A stretch of DNA of 43,824 nucleotides. It comes from Klebsormidium nitens (Eukaryota > Plantae > Klebsormidiophyceae). A program made the translations under genes and the position numbers. The notes under the pieces were generated by a model. It was given only the letters and a program-made list of their open reading frames with translations. It ran no database searches and had not been told where the DNA came from. Shown in pieces: positions 34,325-43,824 of the stretch. The number at the start of each line of letters is the position of its first letter. The first letter of the stretch is position 1. The stretch covers positions 1 through 43,824 of the forward strand of contig DF237638.1 in NCBI GenBank assembly GCA_000708835.1, in the 5' to 3' direction.

Positions 34325-35237
34325 GGCGGCCTGCTGTGGTGCATAGGCCCACGGGGCTTCTCTCACTTTGAGGGAGGCCAAGCGGCAGCTGAAGAGGAGG
34401 TCAACAGACCGCAGCTCTGAGTGACGGGGGTTGCAGCTCCTGCCCGGCAGCTGCTGATGCAGCAAGAGGCGTCATACGCTCCGCAGAGTGTCGCAGCCGT
34501 GCACTGCAAATTATCGTTGCTGAGCTGGCGCCAGATTAACAGCCATCAGCTCTGCCTAGAGCCGAGGAAGCACTCCCGGTTGCAATATTACTTCACAGGA
34601 GGAGGGCATCGCCAAGCCTTCAGCTGTTTTCGTGAGAGGGGCCTGTTTCATTGCCCTTCATATCTGCAAGGCCGCTGTTGTGCAGTGTCCCCCAAGGTGT
34701 ACAGGAGAAAGAGCCTGGAACCACATTGTGAAAGCAGGAGATACTGCATCTGGTCAAGGACACCCCTCTGGACTCGCATCACGTCAATCATCGTGCTTGC
34801 GCATGGCATGCGTTCTCCAGCTGGTTACGGCCACTTCATCAGTGAGTGGGCGCACCGCGAGCCACTGCGTGCCTGATCCAAGAGAAGTATCCATCCAGCA
34901 GCCCGGCATGCCGGTGGGGTCCTAAAACTGCGCTGAGCGACAGCAGAAACACGAGGTCCCATGCCAATGGCCGGTCCTATGTTAAAGTCCCGACCTGAAA
35001 CGCTCAGCGGAAGGGAGTACTAGTGCCCACGCACGAGTGACGAAAGCAGGCAACACGAAGAGGCGGATCAAATGATCTGGGGGAAAGTTCAAGTTCAACT
35101 TTACTTGAAGAAAGCGGACACCGAGCGCGCGCAGTCCTTGATGACCTCTTCATCGTCGAATTGTTTGTCATGTTTTTATCGACGGCTCAGCAGATCTATT
35201 GCGGCCCTGTGAAGAGGGCTCCCCCTCCAAGACGCAG

Positions 35238-35462
35238 GTACCTATGATGTACGTTTGTACCGTGCCCTGCTGTAAGTTACCTTAGGTACGTACGAAAGCC
35301 CGTCGGCACTACCGGTGCCCCATACATACTATGGTACCATAGTACCGGTATAGGACAGTCGGCTTGTACAAGTAGCTAGGTAGGTACCTACTGTACCTAC
35401 CGTATGTCATGCAGTACCATCCTCCGGTACAATCGCCATGCAAGTGCCTTATCAGCGAGTAC
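35238..35462. promoter_or_regulatory. GTAC-dense palindromic cluster in a divergent intergenic region
   Basis: 13 GTAC copies counted in 225 bp, plus perfect palindromes TACTATGGTACCATAGTA (35327-35344) and GTAGGTACCTAC (35380-35391). The sequence pattern is certain; the regulatory role is inferred. Confidence 0.45.
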
Positions 35463-36043
35463 TACCTAAGGAGGTAACACGCTGGCAGAGCATTTCAATC
35501 AGTCACTTCAAGAGCTGCACACTTGCTGATCCTCAGCCGGCCCATTTGCTGGGCAGACCTGCAAAAATCGTAGTTGCCGTGAGGAGGCCAGCGTTGACAC
35601 TATACATCATTGGATCATAGTATCACTGTTCCTGCGGTGAGCCCCACTGCATTGCCCGTAGCACCCTATCTAAAGAAAGCCGCAATCACTGGCGCGACAC
35701 TGACCTTGATGCCAATTGAAAGGACCCGTGCAACACCTTTGAGGCCTAGCATTTGGCAACTTGGTACGACTGACATTAGACGTCGCCGCAGTCCCGTCAT
35801 TGCCAATTCAGCAAGCGGGTGCAGCGACCTACACAAAACGGAGCATGAGTACCTAAGGCGTCCGAGTTGGTCTGCAGACGCCTTTCTGCCATTCTCAGCT
35901 CGTCCCAAGAAGCCGGTACTTGTATTGAGCACGTCTCGCTTGTGATTAACGAATGGCAGACATCTGATTGAAAGAGGCCGCCAACCTGCAGGGTGGACTC
36001 TCCTTTCGTGTCGGTTGCTCTTAGAAGAAGTTCCTTCACAGCC

Positions 36044-38165
36044 ATGCCCAGCACCCGACCCTCCGGTTGGGCCCCAGACAATGCCAGCGCCGCCCTAGAG
36101 CCAGGGCCCTCGGCGGGTCCGTCGGCCCCGGTTGGCGCCTCGCCGGCCAGCGCGCAGCGGGGCCAGCAGGACGGCCAGGCAGCCTCGACCCGCCCCGGGG
36201 AGATGCGGCACATCCCCGGGAAAGCGGAGTACCGGCGCTGGGACTTCCTCAAAGGCGCAGGCCCCAGCGCGCCACCCCGCGTGGTGAGCACACGCGGACG
36301 GGCCCTGCGGAGGCTGCGGCTGAAGCAGTCTCGGTGGCTCAAGGGTCTGCCAGACTCGGAGCTAATTACCTAGACTGTTCTTGTCTGCAGTAGCCAATCC
36401 TGAGCGGCCAATTTCAGCTGCACTGTGTGGCCTTCCTTGCTGCGATGTCCTCAGCGTGATCTTGGGCAGTAGTGACCAAAAAGTTCTCGCCACTGAGGAT
36501 CGTCATGGAGCAATGCTCGTCCACCCATGGCCCGCATTGTTGGCCCGTTGATACCAACAGCCTTGTCCTCACAAGGTTGAGTGGGCGTGCAGCTGGTCCA
36601 CCATGCCAAAGACGTGGGCAAGTTCAAGGCAGGCTGGCACACAAAGAAGGCGGTCAATGTGATCAAACCAGACAAGTGAGGCCCTCGGCACACACTCAAC
36701 GGTGTACATGTCGCGTCAACAGGAAAAAACTTTGACTGGAGGCAGATCTTTGCGTTCCTGGCAGAAGTGGTACGGTTGACAAGTTTAAGAAGATGATTGG
36801 GTCAGCTGCCAGAACTTGCATGCATCGTGTACCCAAGAGATAAGTGCACTTGAGAGAGGACTCAGGAAAATGAAAAGCTTCTGGTACTGCAGTGCTCGAT
36901 TGATCCACCGAATTGTCAGACCTCTCATCAGGCCTTGCCCTCGACTTGGTTCTAGTTCACCAGTGCATTGGCCCATGGAAGGATGTCAGCAGTGCAAGCT
37001 GCCTAGTCTCACTGCCCGCTTGTGGGGCGTGCTGATGCAGGAAGCGTGTAGAGCAAGAGGCGCAGAAGTCCCGCCGCAGTGAGGCCGCGCACGCGCAGCG
37101 CAGTGCCCGCCTGAGCGAGATCAGCAATCACCTGGGGTTCAACCCGATCACGGGGGAGATGCGCGACACGCGCCCCGTCAGGTCAGGCGCCACAGCCCTG
37201 GTGCACGCCTGGAAAGTCTCCAGGCAGCGAGGCTGCCCGCCGTGCACAAAGCTGCACCGCGGGTGCAACAGCGGCCCAACGTCTCGAGCGCGTGTCCCCA
37301 AACATCGTGCAAATACAAACTACACCTTTAGTTAAGCGACAGCTCTCATAACCGTCGAATTAGATCCATGCCGGCCTGCTCACATCACATTCCCTGTGCC
37401 TCCTCCAAAATCCTTCAGAACGGCCGATCCGGTATCAGGGATCTCGGCTGGTTACAGTTGCGAGTCGCTCTGCCAGGGCGCCCGGTGCAGTCCCTTTTGG
37501 TGAAAGAAAACCTTTTGAAGCCATTGACAGTTAAGAGGGACGTGGTCGAGAAGCATAAGAATCTTACGAAACTCCAGGTTCTTGATCCCAGTTCGAAGAG
37601 CCAGTGCGGGTTGGATCCTTGGGCGGGTCGCCTGGCTGGCCATGTGACTTGGCCCGTGGGTGGTTCCTGGTGCAGGCCCCGCGAGGAGGGCATCAAGTGC
37701 TTCCAGCGGCCGCAGACGCCGCCAGCCGTCGTGCACGCCAGGCACGTGGCCGCGGAGACCAAGTTTCAAGCGCGAGCGGTGAGGGCCGGCACCGGCGGCG
37801 CGATCTGGTGCTGCCTGCCCCAGTCCCAGCCGTCCCATTCCTCCGTAGTCACCTTGCATCATGCTAGTTGCACTGAAACATGTAGGGTGTATTTGCAAGT
37901 GCACGCGTTGCTGCTGCCGCTCGGTGCAAAGGTTGGCGAGAGAGCCGCTTAGCCTCTCAATGAAGGCTTGCCATGTCCGGAAGGCCGTTCACACAGGCGT
38001 TCCAGTATTCGCACGAGTTGGCCTATCGTAGTTGATCCAGGCTGCCTGGCTCGCAAAGAGTTTACTTCTTGCACGGTGCTCTTGCAGGATCTCATCCGGC
38101 GAGAAGGACTGGCGCCGCGGCCAGTGACCGTAGCGGACAACTTCAAGCCAGAGCACTATCTGTAA
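36044..38165 (+). CDS. Hypothetical protein, 5 exons, about 214 aa
   Basis: Exons 36044-36283, 36593-36675, 37041-37181, 37676-37778 and 38088-38165 join in phase over four GT-AG introns with GC3-rich codons. Contains EMRHIPGKAEYRRWDFLKG, GFNPITGE, GIKCFQRPQTPP and LIRREGL...TVADNF. No family recognised. Confidence 0.72.
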
Positions 38166-39294
38166 ACCTGCGGGTTTATTTCAAACATCTGTCCCAGAAG
38201 TCTGCTAAGTTGAATCATGCTACAATGTTCCAGCTTGTATACGATACGTGCATGATTAAACACGAAAGATCTTGTCTCACTGCAGCTGCTGCGATCAAAG
38301 GGTAAAACCCGCTTCCAGTTTTTACAAGGTGCAAACGATTGATCGGAGAGTGCTTGACTTGCCCGCTCGAGGTATGCTGGAATATCTGGGGCTTACCCGC
38401 TGGCAGAGCTCTAGTTGATCAAATTGGACGTATAAGTGCATGCAGTTATGGGCCCAAACCACAGGCTCACTCTCCTGGACAGTGACATGCTATGCTGGGG
38501 AGATGCCACTCGTAATGTTAGATTGCGGCCTGTAAGGCTAGGCCCGGGTGCGGCCTGCAACGGATCTTTAGATATTGGTCACATTCATTCCCATACTTTT
38601 GCGCGACTTTGGCTTAGACGTGCTCAGAGTGTTGGCGACCTTTGTTTTCGAAATTGCGCAATTGGATGCGCAGGTGAGCTGCATTCTACTTGCAATCCTT
38701 ATAAGCGCATGTACAAGTACCACCCAACCGTTTGCGATCAGCTAGGACGGTACGTGACCAGCAAACTCTTGCGTGGCAAGTAATGATCCGAAGCCGGGGG
38801 GCTTGTGCACAGGTTGACAGACATCCATCATGTAGGCGTTGTTCTAACACGCCAGATTACGAAGCTGGCGCGGCAGTGACCAACTGAAACTTTCCTATAT
38901 TGGGTTCCGTCCCGCTATGTCTCATTGAAGTTTTCCGGTGCATGATTGATGCAACAGCTCGAAGGCCCCTTGAGAAATGAAAAGCGATAAGCATCCAAAG
39001 GACTGCGCTCACAGCAAACAGTACCATGATCTGATCATGGACACGAATAATGATGGCGCTTTTTCAATCTGACCGTGCACATAAGCCGTCTTCAAAACAT
39101 CAGCGGCTTTTCCACGCAACTTTGACACATGATGTGCAGCACCCTCCACTTTGGATCCACTTAAGAGGAGACGTAGTGCTTTCGCAACCGCGGGAATGAA
39201 AGTCCGCAGAATTCCTTGATAAGTCACCGACCTATCTAGCTTCCGTCGAAAGAGTGGTCGACATGCGGAGCGGCACGTGACCCGTCGTATGCCG

Positions 39295-42200
39295 TTACGT
39301 GTCGCCTCGGTCTCGTTGGTCAAGCATTTTGGCTGCAACAGCGTCCAGTTGGTCCTGCAGAGGACGTGGGAACGGAGCATCAAATGGAGAAACAATCGCA
39401 GCTTTCGTACTTGTCTTCTCACCAATCTTTCTGGGAAAGGACCCTTCGTTCTCGGAGGCCGGGTGTCAATAGTGAATACTGACCGATTGGCCGATGCTGT
39501 CTTTCTGCGGGGACTCAGCGGCAGTATCTGTTGCTGGAAAGAGCCACATGCATGTGGGTCACGGTAAGTCGTCAGACAAGCGCACTCGCAGTCCAGTCCC
39601 GCAAGCACATAACAGAGCTGCGTCCCGCGCGCGTGGCTGCTGCGCGGCTGTCCGGCTCACCCGCACGGCCGCGAGCTGCTCCACGATGGACAGCGGGTCC
39701 GTGCCGCCCGTCTCCGCGTCCAGGGCCACCTCCCGGACGCGCCGCTGGATGCTAACCAGCTGCGCCGCCGCCATGCACGACGTCAGCAGCGACGTCAGCA
39801 GTCGTAGGCGGGCAGGGAGAGAGCAAGGGGCAACGCACAGAGTGGGGCGGAGGCAGGGAGGCGCTGCCAGCGATCACCAGCTGTGCCTCCATTCAACCAA
39901 GCAGGGAGACACAGGCGCAACCAGTCTGTGCCAACGCAGAGGTGTGTTTCCCTCGGGTGCAGGGCAAGGCCTGCGGCGGTCACCTGCTTCCGGACGAGGC
40001 CCATTTCGCTGGCGAACCCCTGGATGTCCAGCGCCCGCCGGTACTCTAGCTCCCGCGTCCTGCACGCCCACACCATGTCAGCATCTTTTGCGGGCCCCTA
40101 AAATCAGCGACCAGGACGCAAGGCAGCTCGAACACCTCGCTTTGCTCGCTTCCGCACGATAGCGCACCGCTGCGGTTGCAGGCTGGGGCGTGGCCTGACC
40201 TGCCCTTGAGGCTGTGCAGCTGCTGCTCCAGCTGGCGGATGCGCTGCTGCTGCTGCCGCCCCACGCTGTGCGCCGCGCCCCGCGACGACTTCAACTCCGC
40301 CTCCAGCGCAGCTGCCTGCCGCAGCGCACGCCGCTCCGCGCCAGACTGGGCCTCTGCGGCAGCGGCCAAGGCAGCCTGGACAACCACACCAAGGCCTTGC
40401 AGTCAGTCGGAGGAATGGATCGAATGACAGACAGGGGCACGGCATGACACTGTGAAGCGCTTCGCTGCACCGGGCTTGCTTCAGCCAGGCCGTGGTGTCA
40501 CGAGCAGGGCGTGTTCGCATAGGCTGACCTCCCGACAGCTGGCCGCGGGGTCGTCCCCGCTGTCGTCGTGTGGCCCGGGAGTCCCGTCGCTGGAAGCAGC
40601 CTGGGCCAGGGCGGTGCCCATGGCCCGCACAGCGTCCGCACACTGGCGGGGCAGGAGCTGCACACCAGGGAAACGCCTATCGTGAAGACGGCGCACAGGG
40701 ACACCCTATGCTCCGATCCTTGCAGGGAGCGTGTCTGGATCGCAAAGAGAGCAACTTATAAAGAATCAGACTCGGTAAAGACAACAGAGCGAGGTATTTT
40801 CATGCTGCGGCAGCCTGAGGGCGGAGTGAATGGGCCATAGACCGGACTGGTTGGCAGCCTTGGCAACCAGCGGAAGGGTCAATCCGGCGCACGCTTTGTT
40901 TGCACCCCCGCCTCCATCTCAGTGCTGGCTCTCACCTCGAGGGCGAGGTCTAGCTGCTGGCGCATGCAGCGGCTCTCTCGCTGCGCCTGCCTTGTGCCAC
41001 TGGCGTGCTCCGCCAGCCGCTCCTGGAAGTCCCGCTCCGCAGCCTGCTGCTGGTGGCGGCACAGAAGCAGCTCTGCACACGAGGCAGGGCGGGGGGTCAT
41101 GCGACAGGCTGCCCGCAAAGAAGCAGCCCCGCTTTCCCCTCTTCGTACAAGGGATTGGGTAACAGAGGACGAGTGCTATATCCAAGAGTTGCATAGGCAT
41201 GATGCAACTCCTAGGTGGGAGCATGGCAACTCGCAGTAGGCTCCCCGCCTGGGCTCACCGCGCGTAGTTCTTTCCAGCAGCGTACACCGCTTGTCGAGCT
41301 GGGCTTGCAAGTCCTGTAAGGACAAGCAACAAGTCAGAACTTGGAGGCCAGCCGCAGTGCGAGGAGGCCCCAAACTTGGGGTGGACTTTTGGTTGCGGGG
41401 ATCCAGTCCAGCCTTAGCGGCCCTGGTACCACAGGAGCGCACTCACCTCGAGCTTGCTGCTGGCCTCGGCCGCCTGCGCGGCAGCGGCGTCCTCGCGCTG
41501 CTTGCGGTCATCCAGCAGAGCCGTGATGCGCTCCTGGGAAAACGCGTGCTGCATGATGGCACACGGAAGACAGGCCGCCTGTCAGGGCTCACTCCAGCTG
41601 GGGCAGGTGCCACGGCCAGGGCAGCGACGCCGGCAGCAACAGGCAAAGGATGCCGGTCGGAGTCCAGCTGTTCCCTTCTGCAATTTTGCCCCGGCGTGAG
41701 TGACAGCCCACCTGGTGCGCCAGCTGTGCCTGCAGCGCGGCCAGCTTGGCCACCAGCAGCTGGGCCTCCTCGTTGGGCAGGAACACCGTCCGCAGCACCT
41801 GCACACGCAACGCCTGCACGTACGTCCACAACAGGGCGGCCAGCGGGGGTGACAGAGCCAGACAAGCACCATCGTCGGGCAGCCAGAACGAGGCTCGCTG
41901 GCTGTACAGCTTCTTCCCCAATTCACTTACACAGCACAGTGTTTCAACAGTGACATTACCTCGTGTGGCGACTGCCCCGTGGTGCCCCTACCGTTCCTGC
42001 AGAGAACATATATTATTTTCAAAAACAAGTATGCTAAGGATAAGTTTGGAACAATGACAACAAGATGCTTGTCTGCTTGTGACCCCGAGTCCCCACAGAT
42101 GGAGTTACCACTTGAGCTAGTCTAGACAGGAGGCCAGTCTCATCATCTTGCCTTTTCGTTGCAAGAGGATGGGTGGCTACTCCGGCTGGCTCCTCGGCGT

Positions 42201-43123
42201 TGGCATAGTGGACGTCATGGAGCACTGGCTGGGTGAATGCCAGCAGGCTCTGGATGCGCGCCTTGTCTTGCTTGCCCTCCAACAGCAGGCTGGCGCGCTC
42301 CGCCTGCACGCACCGCACACGCATGTGGGCAGCCAGCAAAAGGCGCCCGAGCAACAACAAGGACATGGTGCCTGGTTTAACCAAAGGGAAGGCTCCTGCT
42401 GGCAAGACCAGCCCAGCAATACGCGCGGCCATGGCTGCTTTGGCTGGGCCTGCCCGTGGTGGCCTGGCTGCGGCGCGGCCTTACCTGCAGCTGCCCCACC
42501 TGGTCCCTGACCTCAAACAGCTGAAGGTGGGACTCCGCAAGCGCCTGCAGCACAAGCGAGCAACCGCTGATGAGGGGAGAGTGCCAGGTATGGGCTACCT
42601 TGTGGCCAAAGCTCTCCCACAAGCACCTTTCTTTCAATTGATGTTCAAGCCTGATGTCTCAAGCAAGAGCAGACGTTTGAATCCAGTTTGCCGTGATTAC
42701 TACACACCGGACCTTCCTCACTCGATCTATATCGGACTACACGGGGCTGCCCGCGTCTTGCTCAATCCTAGTTCATGCTTGTGCGCTTGCTGTTTCCGTG
42801 CGGCCCCACCTTCTGCAGCTGGTGCACCTGCGCTGCAGCCTTGCTGGCGGCTTGCTCCAGGCGGTACACACGGCCCCGTTCCACGCTGGCCTGCTCCACG
42901 AGGGCAGCCGCTGCTGCCCGCTCCGCGTCAAACGCGTCTGCAGAGGCAGGGGGTACGCGCGGTGTTGGCTTCGGTGTGAGCGCCAATGCAAGTGGTGCAA
43001 AGGCACGACAAAGTCGATGCACACAGGCTGCCCAATGCAGGGAGCAGCACATGAAGACTCACCCAATCGGGACTTGTAGAAGGCCACCAGCTCGGGGGAG
43101 ACTGGAAGATTTGCACGCACCAT
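39295..43123 (-). CDS. CCDC77: CCDC77-like coiled-coil (centriole-associated) protein
   Basis: MVRANLPVSPELVAFYKSRLDAFDAE..., ALAESHLQLFEVRDQVGQLQAERASLLLEGKQDKARIQSLL, VLRTVFLPNEEAQLLVAKLAALQAQL and RELEYRRALDIQGFASEMGLVRK match recalled CCDC77 blocks in order. Proposed last exon 39354-39295 (DQLDAVAAKMLDQRDRGDT*). Confidence 0.78.
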
Positions 43124-43824
43124 GCTGGCAGCAGAGGCACAATGAAGAGCCTCAGGTGATGTGCGCGTTTGGATCTGGATCAACCAAATGTCACTTACTT
43201 TGGCAAGCAATCCTGCCTTCAGCTGGCTACAGGGCGCTAATCTTAACAGGCTCTTAGGTTTGTGTCATTTAAACCTACCGGTGCCAATTGTGGCGATAGA
43301 ACAGAGATTCTGAAACAGCTCGAGAGTGGCTGGCTGGCAATATTAAAGGGCAGGATCGAAGCAAAGCCTGCAAGCGGAACCCTATTAACTGTGCTCGACA
43401 CTGTACCTATTTGAAACCGGCGCTGACGGTTGTGATTACGACGCGAAGGCGCTCCCTCGGATCAACGCCGTCGATGCCTGACATTGGACGGACTCAGGAA
43501 GCCGCAATATACGAAGCCTTAGGCAAATTTCGGTGGCATCAATGCAGCTCTGCAGACAGGTTGGTCACATTTGTTTCCTCCGGATCGCGCACTGACCCTC
43601 AGGGTGCGCACTGCGCAGCGACCCTAGTGTGCTGCCCAAGAGTCACCCCCTCACTTCGTCATCCCCTGCTGTACGCGAGCCCACGCGCGCGCGGAAGGAG
43701 TTTCGCGCGGCGACCGGCGACCGAGAAGATATTTGGGTGGCGTTCAGGCGTCGACGGCGACGATGAAGACCACCAGTAGTTAGAGTCGTAGATTTGGTGC
43801 TAGTCCCGGTTCTGCGGGATAGCG

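Noticed and set aside
35040-35200. Short protein-like frames (e.g. minus-strand DDEEVIKDCARSVSAFFK)
   Set aside because: They are under 60 codons, bounded by stops, with no start or splice partner identified.
38957-38966. GCTCGAAGGC, exact Chlamydomonas tub-box-like motif
   Set aside because: It lies between two convergent 3' ends rather than in a promoter, and no clear copies were seen upstream of the ciliary genes.
43411-43779. 122-aa plus-strand ORF at the window end
   Set aside because: It has a non-ATG start, no recognisable motif and no splice support; any gene here is truncated by the window edge.
1-43824. tRNA, rRNA, transposase/RT genes, prophage or defence systems
   Set aside because: No such motifs or structures were recognised by eye. 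tRNAscan-SE, Infernal/Rfam and RepeatMasker runs would be needed to exclude small RNAs definitively.

Overview
Eukaryotic, intron-rich genomic DNA, most likely a green alga (inferred from a plant-type ENT+Tudor EMSY-like gene, complete flagellar genes, short GT-AG introns with (T/G)GCAG acceptors and some TGTAA poly(A)-like signals). No prokaryotic operon, CRISPR, rRNA or tRNA is supported, and most ORFs in the supplied track are GC-rich shadow frames. Manual splicing gives nine multi-exon genes in strictly alternating orientation: METTL10/EFM4-like methyltransferase (-), SEC12/PREB-like (+), EMSY-like (-, crosses a 339-N gap), histidine-phosphatase/PGM-like (+), IFT80 (-), LRRC6/DNAAF11 (+), TSNAXIP1-like (-), an unrecognised 214-aa five-exon gene (+) and CCDC77-like (-). 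The last five span about 24 kb and four have cilium/centriole associations, so the unknown gene is a candidate new ciliary protein. Divergent intergenic regions hold a 732-bp TIR element with a 7-bp TSD and 33-bp subterminal repeats, a 274-bp TA-flanked MITE, and a dense GTAC/palindrome cluster. All homology calls come from recalled family motifs, not database searches.
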